From: a virus
IMG/VR virus record: IMGVR_UViG_3300037465_000316
Strand: one strand, 5' to 3'
Length of the DNA stretch: 64,000 nt
In this document: piece by piece, positions 27,733-37,297 of the stretch
How the letters are laid out: each line of letters begins with the position of its first letter
Numbering within the stretch: the first letter of the stretch is position 1
Made by a program: the position numbers and the translations under genes
The notes under the pieces: model-generated
Databases searched by the model: none
Told to the model about the DNA's origin: nothing
What the model saw: only the letters and a program-made list of their open reading frames with translations

Positions 27733-29199
27733 TTACATTGCTGTGCCAGTACCCCAAGTGGGCGGCGTGCCACCGTGAAAGATAATGTGATGAAATTCGG
27801 GCATGAAGAGCTGGTATTTGAACCGGCCCTTCCAGATAAATCTGTAGATCGCCCTGGCATCATCAATTGGTGGCATCGGATAGGCCATGATTGGATCGGC
27901 CACACCATTGACCACGCTTGGACCACCAATGTAGAGCGTTACGTGAATGTGGACACCTTTTGTCACAAAGTCGCCGGCGTTAAACTCACTAAACAGCGGT
28001 TTGTCGAAGGTTATCTTGTTGCCATCCTTACCCACGATACGTCGAACGCGAGCAGTAGCCTCACGATAGTCCACCCCGTCAGGAGTAGAAACGCCAAACT
28101 CGTCGGTCGTGGTCTGGTGAATGGTGACCAAATCATTGACCGCGAACCCACTAGCGTCATCTACCTCAATCCAATGCTCAACGTTATTCTGCTGGCCGAC
28201 TTTGTAAACCTTATCAACTAAGTCAGGCGACCCACCATCACCTGGGCCATAATCCATCTGCAGGACGCCCCGGTGAATTACATCGCCACAGTTCCAGAGA
28301 ACATTGCGCCGGCTATTGATGAACCGGGTATTGGCCCACATGCCCACTTCGTACCGCATCAAGAGCTGCGGGTTGCCGTACAGGTTCGCCTCACGCCATT
28401 GGGTGTTGGCCGCTGCAATTACGGCGTTGATAGCCGATGGAGTTGTGATAGAGAACAGAGTCCCCTGCACCCCATTGGGGTTCGCAGCAAAGGGGATGTC
28501 CTCATAGGACAAATCCATCCAGACATCTCGGCCAAGATTTACATTGAACACGTCAGTGTTCAGAATGCCGGTGAACTGTGGTTTGCCGGAAGCATGGCCA
28601 TGACTAACATTGCCACCGGCGATTGTATGGAATCGCGGTCCCTCAAGAAAAGCATTTCGCGCAAGAATGTCGAGAGCAATCGTCATACTCTCTCCGAGCA
28701 TCGTTCGGGCCAGATTGACCAGTCCGGGTGTTCCCCGAAACAAGTATGCTTGTACCTGGTCGTCGTACTCGTGTAGAGCGACCTTATCTGCATAATCAGC
28801 AAACACGATGGTCTTTTCAAACGTATCCGTGTAATTGCTAGAAAACCAGATCTGTCGCCGACCGACTTCCCCATAATTCGGCTCCATCGCAAAGACACCC
28901 TTGAAGGTCATACTTTCGCCTATACTGCCGTTAGGGTTACGCATGGCGATTTGGGTGGGCACAAGAGCGCGGTAAACGCTGTCTAGCCGAAACTTCTCCA
29001 ATAGAGCCAACTGAACGGGAATATCGCGCAGACTTTCGATCTGATACCACATATTGTCCGAGTATAAACCCGGACCCTGAGCCGCATTCAACGGGTTGAC
29101 CAGGGTCAGCGGCTCCTGAGAGCCATGTTCTAGCCTGGTCGAGTATGCGTGCGAGGACGCTGCCGTCCCCGTACCTGGATAAACAAAATTTACTGGCAT
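27733..29199 (-). CDS. major capsid protein (N4-gp56-like)
   Basis: 488 aa after the scaffold; LGESMTIALDILARNAF, ITTP..I..V, YEVGMWANTRFI, YIGG motifs. Confidence 0.85.
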   Translation of the reverse strand: MPVNFVYPGTGTAASSHAYSTRLEHGSQEPLTLVNPLNAAQGPGLYSDNMWYQIESLRDIPVQLALLEKFRLDSVYRALVPTQIAMRNPNGSIGESMTFKGVFAMEPNYGEVGRRQIWFSSNYTDTFEKTIVFADYADKVALHEYDDQVQAYLFRGTPGLVNLARTMLGESMTIALDILARNAFLEGPRFHTIAGGNVSHGHASGKPQFTGILNTDVFNVNLGRDVWMDLSYEDIPFAANPNGVQGTLFSITTPSAINAVIAAANTQWREANLYGNPQLLMRYEVGMWANTRFINSRRNVLWNCGDVIHRGVLQMDYGPGDGGSPDLVDKVYKVGQQNNVEHWIEVDDASGFAVNDLVTIHQTTTDEFGVSTPDGVDYREATARVRRIVGKDGNKITFDKPLFSEFNAGDFVTKGVHIHVTLYIGGPSVVNGVADPIMAYPMPPIDDARAIYRFIWKGRFKYQLFMPEFHHIIFHGGTPPTWGTGTAM

Positions 29200-29202
29200 T
29201 TT

Positions 29203-29241
29203 ATATTTACTCCTTATGAATTAGGCTCAGGGAGTAAATAT
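29203..29241 (-). promoter_or_regulatory. SD-sequestering hairpin in the capsid leader
   Basis: mRNA AUAUUUACUCC-CUGAGCCUAAUUCAUAA-GGAGUAAAUAU, then 3 nt to AUG. Confidence 0.75.
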
Positions 29242-29251
29242 TTTCCCAAAG

Positions 29252-29941
29252 TTAGGCCGGCTGGTTCGCAGCTCCTTGTTGCTGCATGATGTAGTCCATC
29301 AATTGATTAGCTTCCTGCTGAAACTGAGGTATACCGGCGATCTGTTGAAGCCTGGCATGGGCCTCCTGGATAGATTTTGGGCCAACTGAAGCAGGAGAGC
29401 CACCAGAACCGGCCGGAGGTTGGCCGCCGCCACGAAGCAGGTTAATCATTTGGTCAGAGTGACCCTTTAACCCCTTTGCCATCGCATCGAGGATGGTTTT
29501 TTGCTCATCCGGTGTATTAGCAACTCGGATACCATTGACCATACCAATTAAACCGTGATAATCCGGGTTTCCGGCAATGGCCCTGTAAAGCTCAAGTTCG
29601 CGCTGGGTCTGCCCAAAATCGGTAGTGAGCTTGCCGTGCTGTTCATTAAGCTGCTGGTACTGAGTTGACCAGTTGGTCGCTTCTCCATTTTTGGCTTCAA
29701 GAGCTTTCTGAGCATCGGCGAGCTGCTTCTCAAAAGTGGTCAGCTTTTCATTAGCCTGCTTGTTCGCGGTGGTTAATCCACCGGCCTGGCCTTCCAACTC
29801 CTTGATTCGATTTCGAGCAGTTTCAAGTTCCTGGCCGGCTTTGGTAAGCTGCTCGGTCAAAGTGGTCACTTTGTTAGTCAGGGCAGATAAGCCTGCACCC
29901 TGTTGTTCTCCCTGGGGAGAAGAATCGGTTTGAGTAGTCAT
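29252..29941 (-). CDS. capsid scaffolding protein
   Basis: Coiled-coil with Gly/Pro-rich linker, between portal and capsid; GGAGG RBS before ATG 29941. Confidence 0.75.
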   Translation of the reverse strand: MTTQTDSSPQGEQQGAGLSALTNKVTTLTEQLTKAGQELETARNRIKELEGQAGGLTTANKQANEKLTTFEKQLADAQKALEAKNGEATNWSTQYQQLNEQHGKLTTDFGQTQRELELYRAIAGNPDYHGLIGMVNGIRVANTPDEQKTILDAMAKGLKGHSDQMINLLRGGGQPPAGSGGSPASVGPKSIQEAHARLQQIAGIPQFQQEANQLMDYIMQQQGAANQPA

Positions 29942-29951
29942 AATAAACCTC

Positions 29952-30176
29952 CTAAGTTTGATTACGGGCAATACTGGCATTTGCCCAAAACATGGCTTCT
30001 TCTAATTTGGTTATAGCCAAAGATTTCTCTCGGCTACTTGGACACACAATATTAAGTAACTCGGCCAACTGTTTGCAGCCAGCCATGACTGCTTCCATAT
30101 CATTTACCTGATCCCGAGAGACAGGCCGGTATTTGAAATTGGCCTCGATCTCAAATTCATAACTGCGCTGCGTCAT
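29952..30176 (-). CDS. acb2: Acb2/Tad1-like cyclic-nucleotide sponge (anti-defence)
   Basis: NFKY...CPSSREKSLAITKLEEAMFWANASIAR matches the Acb2/Vs.4 family signature. Confidence 0.8.
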   Translation of the reverse strand: MTQRSYEFEIEANFKYRPVSRDQVNDMEAVMAGCKQLAELLNIVCPSSREKSLAITKLEEAMFWANASIARNQT

Positions 30177-31873
30177 TGATCCTCCCCTTTTGCCCGGCCA
30201 CCAGCAGCTTGCGCCCTATTTGTCCGATCAGATGGCGGCTTGTTTTTTGCCTTCTCCTCTTCTTTAACGGCGATAGTTCGCTCATTAAGGGGTGCTTGTT
30301 CCTCCATTCGTTTGGTAGCCTCTTCGGCCAGCTTCTGGCGATGTTTGTCAATTCGATTAAGTTCCTCTTCCAATTCGTCAGAACCATCCAGCCTGCGGAT
30401 TGCTGTCTCTGGCGAGATAAGCTCAACCGAAATTCTCTGAACAATCTCATTGACTAAATCGGCCCGGTCGTCGGGAAGCATCGGCGGCCAGTGGGTTTTT
30501 TGGCCTACCAGAACGGTTTCAATCATCTCCGGGTTAACTGCGTCTATCCCAAGAGAGGCTACCCCGTTGATATTTGAACCAAGCTGGCGTTTGCTGTAAG
30601 CAATCACGAAGGCAATATAGTTCAAATACTTGAGGCCGGTGCTAAAGCTCTTGCGGTAACGTATACCAACGTTTGTGGCCGGCCACATCATATATTTGAG
30701 GGTAAGGGCGCTGCGGATACTGGCATCAGTTCGGCCAAAGGCAACATCCGGCATGTTGGAATGTTCTCTCGTCATACGTATCATCTCCTCTGTTACGAGG
30801 TCAATCATAGGGTCAGTCAGTTCAGCGCCCTCCAGTCTGCCAACCTCCGGGGTGTCCTGGCCATGCTGGTTCATCCCTAAGTCTATAAATTCTGATCTAC
30901 TCTTCTTATCAAGGCCCTGGATACCTTTCATGCGGTTTCTGACCCAGGGCTGCTGATGCATGGCATCAGCAAGCCCCTCACCCAAATCAGCCAAGCCATT
31001 ATTGATTTCATTTTGGGGTCCGATTAGACCGGGCACCAGGCTGTCGCCATAAAAGTCACCGGCGCGAAGCCTCGGAATGTAAATGTATGGTATGACCTTA
31101 TGGCCCAAAACAGGATCAAGAAATGGGTTCTCTCCTGCCATTTCTGTCCCATCGGGCCACCGCCCAATCTGTTGGTCAATCTTGATAAAATATTCAGATT
31201 CGTCCCAATGCTCATGTACCGAGACGTAATCCGGTTGACCAGGGACTTCTGCTGTAATGCCAGAATTACCAAATAGATCAATCCTGTATCTGGCTACCGC
31301 TGTAGGTTTGGGGATTTGGTGGTAAACATCCATGCTTACCAGTCTGTTGTAGTCATTGCCATCCCAGACCGGGAAACATGCGCGGGGGTCAATAGAGAAG
31401 TAGCGAATCGGCCACTTCTTTCTGAGAGGAGTCCAGGCTACGTGCCAATAGCACCCGCCGAAAACTTGTTGAAAGAGACTTTGTTCAAGCAAAGTCTCAT
31501 CTCCATTGTTAATAGACCAAAGCATATTCGATGCTTTGGTAACTTTATTGGCTGTGTCTTTATCTATTGCTGGATTATTTCTGACGCCGAATTGGATAAT
31601 GCTATTGTCGTCAGAAAACTGCCCAAGAAGAACAGCGGCGTGGTTGATGACGGTTGAGCGAACAATGTTCAGTTTAACCGGATATAGCTCAACACCGTTT
31701 TTCTTCTTGTTCAGAACATAGCCCTTGTAATACGACCACATCTGGTCATAATGAGCAGTCTGTTCAGACCAGGCTATGTTGGGATAATCTTCCGGTGTAA
31801 GCCGAAGAGGATTATCTGCAAAAACGGATAAAGGAACCGCCAGATTTGATGGTGAAGACAGTAGTCCAGCCAT
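30173..31873 (-). CDS. portal protein (SPP1 gp6-like)
   Basis: 566 aa after terminase; IPYIYIP, QNEINNGLAD, IRSALTLKYM motifs. Confidence 0.85.
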   Translation of the reverse strand: MAGLLSSPSNLAVPLSVFADNPLRLTPEDYPNIAWSEQTAHYDQMWSYYKGYVLNKKKNGVELYPVKLNIVRSTVINHAAVLLGQFSDDNSIIQFGVRNNPAIDKDTANKVTKASNMLWSINNGDETLLEQSLFQQVFGGCYWHVAWTPLRKKWPIRYFSIDPRACFPVWDGNDYNRLVSMDVYHQIPKPTAVARYRIDLFGNSGITAEVPGQPDYVSVHEHWDESEYFIKIDQQIGRWPDGTEMAGENPFLDPVLGHKVIPYIYIPRLRAGDFYGDSLVPGLIGPQNEINNGLADLGEGLADAMHQQPWVRNRMKGIQGLDKKSRSEFIDLGMNQHGQDTPEVGRLEGAELTDPMIDLVTEEMIRMTREHSNMPDVAFGRTDASIRSALTLKYMMWPATNVGIRYRKSFSTGLKYLNYIAFVIAYSKRQLGSNINGVASLGIDAVNPEMIETVLVGQKTHWPPMLPDDRADLVNEIVQRISVELISPETAIRRLDGSDELEEELNRIDKHRQKLAEEATKRMEEQAPLNERTIAVKEEEKAKNKPPSDRTNRAQAAGGRAKGEDQ

Positions 31874-31882
31874 AGTGTGGCT

Positions 31883-31911
31883 AGACTATCAAATTTTGCA
31901 ATCAAACTCAA
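31883..31911 (-). promoter_or_regulatory. late-class promoter for portal
   Basis: TTGAGTTTG (-35)-17 nt-TAGTCT. Confidence 0.65.
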
Positions 31912-31988
31912 GGACTTGAGTAAAAAATTTTGCAAAACCAGCCGGAATTATAGCAGAAAACCTCAATTTAGTACCAGGTACTTTTGCC

Positions 31989-33596
31989 TTATTCTTGTTG
32001 CATAAGTTGCATTAGTTCCTGAATTTGCCAGAACCCGTCATCAGTTGGGTTGCGGCGCTCAGTAACAACTGAGCCTCGTGTCTCACGCGCAGAAACCAGG
32101 TGGACAGGGTCCTCCGGCTCATGTTGTTTTGAATAATTTTCCCAAAGAGGGCCACGCAGATACCATGATGACATCATGATGACTGCGACAATATCCTGTG
32201 GCAGCTTTCCCTGGGGAGTATCTTCAGCAAGATTGTAGCGAATAAGTTGGCTGCGGATTCCGAGAATGTAGGGCCACTTAAATTGCCGGCGCTGCACCTG
32301 CTGCACCGCAGCAACCAGCATGCCCTTCTTCTGACCACTAAAGTCCATTCCAGTGGCCCAAATTCCCATATTCAGCAGAATCTGCTCATCCCAAAGTTTT
32401 TGAGTGCCGGTTGAATCAATTAGGGAGTCAATTGGCCTATAAGTCTCCCAGGCATACTTGTAAGCCAACTTGAAGGGGTCATAGCTGCCGTTGCCATAAA
32501 TCCATTTGAAATAAACCAGTGTGGCCGGCTTATCGGGAAATTCAGTGATGTCCCAGACTATCACCACGCCGGCATTTCGGTGAGGCGGATTACCCTGGCC
32601 GGGGTCGCCAACTAAGAGGTATTGGCGACCGCCACGGGCCTCTGAGGGCATCTCGAAGTGAACGCAGCCTGCTCCAGATGCTTCCTCAACACGCCAATCA
32701 GGGGTAGGGATTTCCTTTTCAAGCAGGTGGTACTGCGCCCATCGCAGCATCTCAAAGTCCTCGCAGCCGGATACAGCGTCTATATTGAAAACTTCTCCTC
32801 GACCTTCCGGCTTATCCCCATCGAGCATTTGCCCCCACTGATCTTCAGGGATAACGAGCTTGTAATTCTCGATATCCTCGGTGCTGAGATTATCGCTGGA
32901 CTTTACCTGCATGGACAGAAAGTTCTTCTGGTCACGAATCATTCGATCCATGCGTTCCCATAACCAGGGTGGGGCAAAGTCATAGTTGGCTGTGATGACC
33001 GACTGGCGCTTGAGACGATTCCTGAACCCTCCCTGGGGAACAGGGACATTCCCGCGCATCCGGGTGACCATCATGGTCATAAGCCACTGGCCGTCAAGCA
33101 AAACGCCGGCTTCGTCCAGGTTCATGGCGTCGCCCTCCCACCCCTGGATTCTTTCGGCGCTGTCGGCTGCCGACATGAAGTGGAGTTGGCTTTCGCCAAT
33201 GTAGTCTGATTTCAGAACTATGAGAGGATATGGACGCTCGATATATTTGGAGATGAATCGCTCAAATGGCCGGTCCGCAGCTTCTCGGAGGATTGCCTCA
33301 TACATCAATTTACTTTGCCACCCGGTCGGCGCAAGGTTCATAAATGAGAATCGGGGTGTTGTGGCAGCCCAGGTCGCGTAAGAGATCCCCGCGCCCACCG
33401 TCTTTCCACTCCCCGTCCCACCAATAACCGTAATCTGTCTCTGGCTAGCGTGGTGTAAATACCATTGCCAGGGGCGCAGCTCACGGCCACCGAAGTAATA
33501 AGATGTGAACCAATTGACTCCAACGCCATCGCCAGGATTCTTAGCCCGGCGAAATATCTCTTTATCGCCGGCAGTTAGACGATAAATCTTGGCCAT
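31989..33596 (-). CDS. terL: terminase large subunit
   Basis: Walker A GGTGSGKT, Walker B NLDEAG, TAN motif III, nuclease VGDPG and DSTG...D. Confidence 0.9.
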   Translation of the reverse strand: MAKIYRLTAGDKEIFRRAKNPGDGVGVNWFTSYYFGGRELRPWQWYLHHASQRQITVIGGTGSGKTVGAGISYATWAATTPRFSFMNLAPTGWQSKLMYEAILREAADRPFERFISKYIERPYPLIVLKSDYIGESQLHFMSAADSAERIQGWEGDAMNLDEAGVLLDGQWLMTMMVTRMRGNVPVPQGGFRNRLKRQSVITANYDFAPPWLWERMDRMIRDQKNFLSMQVKSSDNLSTEDIENYKLVIPEDQWGQMLDGDKPEGRGEVFNIDAVSGCEDFEMLRWAQYHLLEKEIPTPDWRVEEASGAGCVHFEMPSEARGGRQYLLVGDPGQGNPPHRNAGVVIVWDITEFPDKPATLVYFKWIYGNGSYDPFKLAYKYAWETYRPIDSLIDSTGTQKLWDEQILLNMGIWATGMDFSGQKKGMLVAAVQQVQRRQFKWPYILGIRSQLIRYNLAEDTPQGKLPQDIVAVIMMSSWYLRGPLWENYSKQHEPEDPVHLVSARETRGSVVTERRNPTDDGFWQIQELMQLMQQE

Positions 33597-33597
33597 T

Positions 33598-34026
33598 CTA
33601 CAACCAAATGCGGCGCATATTATGCTGGGAACCAGCCATTTCCCCTTTAGGAAGCAGGTAAAAGATAGGGGAAATGAGGTTAGAGACTTGAGAACGAATT
33701 GAGGCTACCAGAGGATAGGAGATAGCCTCAATATGGACCGGCCAATTCGCCTTATCAAAAACCTGTTGGCAGGTAAAATGCGACTTTGCACGAACAATAC
33801 CAACTACAGCCTTTTGTTCCTCAGTCTCATGACCAACGCGAGCAACCAGGTGAAGTTGATATTGTTCGCCAGATCGCCAGATAAGCGGGACAATATGATC
33901 TATTGCCAGGTGGTTATCCGCCTTAAGCGGAACTCCGTTAAACAATTCCACTACGGCTATTTGCTTACATCGAACTCCCACCTGACTAACAAAATTATTT
34001 GCCAGAGTCTGGACGCTCACGGGCAA
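33598..34026 (-). CDS. hypothetical protein
   Basis: Coupled ORF upstream of terL; no motif recognised. Confidence 0.55.
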   Translation of the reverse strand: MPVSVQTLANNFVSQVGVRCKQIAVVELFNGVPLKADNHLAIDHIVPLIWRSGEQYQLHLVARVGHETEEQKAVVGIVRAKSHFTCQQVFDKANWPVHIEAISYPLVASIRSQVSNLISPIFYLLPKGEMAGSQHNMRRIWL

Positions 34027-34402
34027 TCTGCTTTCGTTTTTGTTTAGGAGCTACAACATGCACGTTTGGCTCCACAGCCTCAACCTCAAGCCCGGCCGGA
34101 GTATGTTCCTCGATATAAGCGCCAACAGCATCTTCAATGGCTTTTTGGTCATTACCCTGGGGAGGTTCTTCAACCAGGCCAAGCTCTAAATCTATTGCGG
34201 TCAGTTCTGTTTGAATCCTATCCAGCTCCGCGATAAGCTTATTGCGTTTGGCGGTCAGGGTCGTCGTTCGTGCATCTCCAGCCCAGATAGTGCCATCGGC
34301 AAGCCTGTCGCCAGGTTGTAGCCGACGACGCTCAACTCTGCCCCGTGTGGTCATTGTAGAGGCGTATGCCTCCATACCATGTTCTCTGCGACGATTAGCC
34401 AT
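33995..34402 (-). CDS. hypothetical protein (position compatible with small terminase)
   Basis: ATG overlaps the upstream stop; basic N-terminus and a coiled coil. Confidence 0.55.
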   Translation of the reverse strand: MANRRREHGMEAYASTMTTRGRVERRRLQPGDRLADGTIWAGDARTTTLTAKRNKLIAELDRIQTELTAIDLELGLVEEPPQGNDQKAIEDAVGAYIEEHTPAGLEVEAVEPNVHVVAPKQKRKQIARERPDSGK

Positions 34403-34815
34403 TAGCGGTCCCCCCAAATAACAAATTTAACTGAGCCGGTTCTGGTATCATCGCGGGTAATCTCGATGATATTCAAGTCACATTGGGCCAGAGAGAAATT
34501 ACCCTCGGCCACCTTGATTACATCATCCTGACTGTCGAACCGCAGCTCAACGTTGATGTCGTTTTCTAGAGCCAGGCCGCGAATGCTAGATAGGCCGATC
34601 ACCATTGGATCTAAGATGGGAGTATTCCCCGGCCCACCCGTACCCAGGTTAGTTCCCTTGACACAGATCGTCACCTTCTGCGTCGTATTATCCAGCCAAT
34701 AGCTGCCCTCAACCTTATCATCAACTTCATATTCCGCATTAAAAGTACGATCAACAATGGTGTTACCCCCCTCGGTAATATTAATAGAGGTTTCCACCGT
34801 CACAATAGTCGCCAT
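34402..34815 (-). CDS. hypothetical protein, first gene of the late operon
   Basis: GGAG RBS; downstream of the minus-strand promoter. Confidence 0.7.
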   Translation of the reverse strand: MATIVTVETSINITEGGNTIVDRTFNAEYEVDDKVEGSYWLDNTTQKVTICVKGTNLGTGGPGNTPILDPMVIGLSSIRGLALENDINVELRFDSQDDVIKVAEGNFSLAQCDLNIIEITRDDTRTGSVKFVIWGDR

Positions 34816-34846
34816 TAAGCAAACTCCTTTCGTACAGCTAACCCAG

Positions 34847-34951
34847 GGGATTAAATAATCACCCAGAGACTACCAAACTAGCATATCAAAGTCAAGGGAT
34901 TGACACAAATTCAATTCAATGTTACAATTTGTATAGTGATTAAATAATCAC
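34847..34951. promoter_or_regulatory. divergent promoters, each followed by a GTGATT-N4-AATCAC-type operator
   Basis: Minus: TTGACT-17-TAGTCT, operator 34847-34862. Plus: TTGACA(34900)-17-TACAAT(34923), operator 34936-34951. Confidence 0.8.
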
Positions 34952-35061
34952 TCTTAAGGAGAATGAGGATTGCTACTTTCGGATGTTATCGCCGTAGGCA
35001 ATGCTGTTTATCCCGGCCATGCTGAATATTTAGTTAGAGAAGCTATGGAGGCACTAGGATA

Positions 35062-35505
35062 ATGTTCTGGAAGGTTGTCTACTCACCCGATGGTGAGAAA
35101 CTGACCAGCTTCCTCCACATAATGGGGGCCGGCCTCGGCCTCCATTATCTCCCTGGGGAAATCGTAAGGCCATCTATTGGCCCAATTTACGCATGGTCGG
35201 ACCTTTCGGCAGCAGCAGAGTTTGTAGCCCAGATAGCCGCCGATGCTCGACCCTTCTATCAGCTTTGGGAAGCCGAGGGCCGGCTGCATCAGGGCTACCT
35301 GGGCGTCAGTTATAACATTGCTCTTAAGCATCTCTCACGAGAATCTGCTCAAAAATTCTGGAGCAAGCTCGATGAACTGGGTAACGGCACAGAGGCTAAC
35401 CCTGACCTCGATGCTTATCTCAAAGAAAAATCGCAGGGTCTGGTCATGACAGAATATTTCACAAAGGCGCTGGAATGGATAAAACTCACCAGAAAGCTTC
35501 AATAA
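35062..35505 (+). CDS. hypothetical protein
   Basis: GGAGG RBS; 147 aa. Confidence 0.65.
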   Translation: MFWKVVYSPDGEKLTSFLHIMGAGLGLHYLPGEIVRPSIGPIYAWSDLSAAAEFVAQIAADARPFYQLWEAEGRLHQGYLGVSYNIALKHLSRESAQKFWSKLDELGNGTEANPDLDAYLKEKSQGLVMTEYFTKALEWIKLTRKLQ

Positions 35506-36446
35506 AACCAAAACGAAAAAACCTACTCCGTTACTATGGGTCAAAGTACAACATTGCCCCCTGGATTCTCTCTTTTGTTACCCAGCACATTTGCTATGTC
35601 GAAACTCATTTCGGTGGCGGAAGCGTGTTCTTTCGCAAAAAACCCTCTAAACTGGAAATTATCAACGATATTTCCAGGGATGTGGTCAACTTTTTTTATG
35701 TGGTACGTGACCATCTGGACGAATTTATCAGAGTGGTTGAACTCACACCTTATGCTCGTGATGAGATGGAATTGACCAACTTAACGGTCAAGAATCCACC
35801 CAAATGGGTCTGGAACTCAGATACCTTCCGATTTGAACCGGAAGGGATATCCCCGATAGAACTGGCCAGGCGTTTCTATGTTCGCAGCCGGCAGGGTAGA
35901 ACCGGCAATACATCAGCCTGGCGCACCACCTGGCGACCGGACCATAATGGCAAGCGAACAAAATCCTTGCTTCAGGAGTTTAACGAGGTTGACCACATAT
36001 ATGCCTGCTGCAACATGCTCAAGATGGCTCAAATAGAGAACACTGACGCCCTGGACGTTATCAGGCGTTATGATGAGCCGGAAACGTTCTTCTACCTTGA
36101 CCCACCTTACCTGCATGAAACTCGTGGCTCCAACTGGACTTACGCCTACCAGCATGAAATGAGCCGCGATGATCATGCGGCGCTGGCCGAGCGCCTGAAT
36201 AGAATCAACGGAATGGCAATTATTTCAGGTTATCCTTCAGCGTTCTATAAAGAGCTTTACGAGGACCGGGCATGGCATCTTGAAACAACTACGACCCGTG
36301 ACAATCTTGGCCAAGAGAAAACGGAGGCTGTCTGGATCAACCCCAAAACCTGGGACAGATACCAGGTTGAAAAGAGCAAAAAAAGAAAGGCCAAACAAAT
36401 TAGCTTATTAGGAGATGACGATGAAGAATTACTTATTCGTGGTTGA
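35475..36446 (+). CDS. DNA adenine methyltransferase (D12/Dam class)
   Basis: RYYGSK, YVETHFGGGSV, INDIS, FYLDPPY. Confidence 0.9.
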   Translation: MDKTHQKASIKPKRKNLLRYYGSKYNIAPWILSFVTQHICYVETHFGGGSVFFRKKPSKLEIINDISRDVVNFFYVVRDHLDEFIRVVELTPYARDEMELTNLTVKNPPKWVWNSDTFRFEPEGISPIELARRFYVRSRQGRTGNTSAWRTTWRPDHNGKRTKSLLQEFNEVDHIYACCNMLKMAQIENTDALDVIRRYDEPETFFYLDPPYLHETRGSNWTYAYQHEMSRDDHAALAERLNRINGMAIISGYPSAFYKELYEDRAWHLETTTTRDNLGQEKTEAVWINPKTWDRYQVEKSKKRKAKQISLLGDDDEELLIRG

Positions 36447-36633
36447 AGTTGAGGTCACCAGGACATACAAAATACCTGTCAATGTGACCGCCGAGCAGGA
36501 CTTGGTGGCAGCTGAGGCGCTGGCCGAGGAGTTTGCTCTACAGAAGGTCGGTGAAATCAATGATCCTTCACTCTTTAGCCTTGAAGTAACCGAGACCACC
36601 CTTCAATCAATTAAGGAGGCCCAATTAGACTAA
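36415..36633 (+). CDS. hypothetical protein
   Basis: 72-aa acidic ORF with RBS. Confidence 0.6.
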   Translation: MTMKNYLFVVEVEVTRTYKIPVNVTAEQDLVAAEALAEEFALQKVGEINDPSLFSLEVTETTLQSIKEAQLD

Positions 36634-36669
36634 AGGACTCTTTAGTCTAATTGGGTCAAAGGAGGCAAA

Positions 36670-36894
36670 ATGACTGATATAACCGATCCAGTGACCACGA
36701 CTAGCTTGGTTGATTTGATTACTAGGCAGGTGGTGGCCAAAACCGGAAAACCAATAGAGTCGCCAGAATCTCAGGAACTTCTAAAAAAGATTTACCTTAC
36801 TATGACCCGCGCCATTTTACGGCAGGTAATTGCTAATTATATATCCGTGAGAACCGACCCCAATACACAAATATTATGGCGAAGAATAAAATAG
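36670..36894 (+). CDS. hypothetical protein
   Basis: GGAGG RBS; 74 aa. Confidence 0.6.
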   Translation: MTDITDPVTTTSLVDLITRQVVAKTGKPIESPESQELLKKIYLTMTRAILRQVIANYISVRTDPNTQILWRRIK

Positions 36895-36933
36895 CCGGTT
36901 TTTCTACACGAAATAACTATACGAAGGTGAATT

Positions 36934-37297
36934 ATGGTTAGCAGAAAGACAAGAATGCCACTGGCCGAGGCCATGAGGGTCATCGAGCACTGCATGCGAG
37001 TTCTCGAACCGGCCTGTGAACGCATAGAATATACTGGCAGCGCCAGGCGCAAACGGCCGGAGGTCGGAGACGCGGAGATAATCTGCATCTCCAAGACGCA
37101 ACCCAATTTGTTTGGGGAGGAGGGTTACTCTTGCACAATACGCGCGTGGCCGAAACCCAAATATAACCGAAGAAATAGCCGATGTCATTATAATGATGTT
37201 CCAACTACGCCCTATCTTTGGTGCAGAAGCAGTAGATACAGTGATTCAGCAGAAACTGAACCGCCTGGAAGGAAGGTTGAATGAAGAACATCATTGA
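36934..37297 (+). pseudogene. out-of-frame fusion of a PolX-like N-terminus and a MazG-like C-terminus
   Basis: Frame A: IEYTGSARRKRPEVGDAEIIC..QPNLFG, then nonsense-like sequence. Frame B: YARGRNPNITEEIADVIIMMFQL..F....V...I.QKLNRL with no proper start. Confidence 0.65.
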
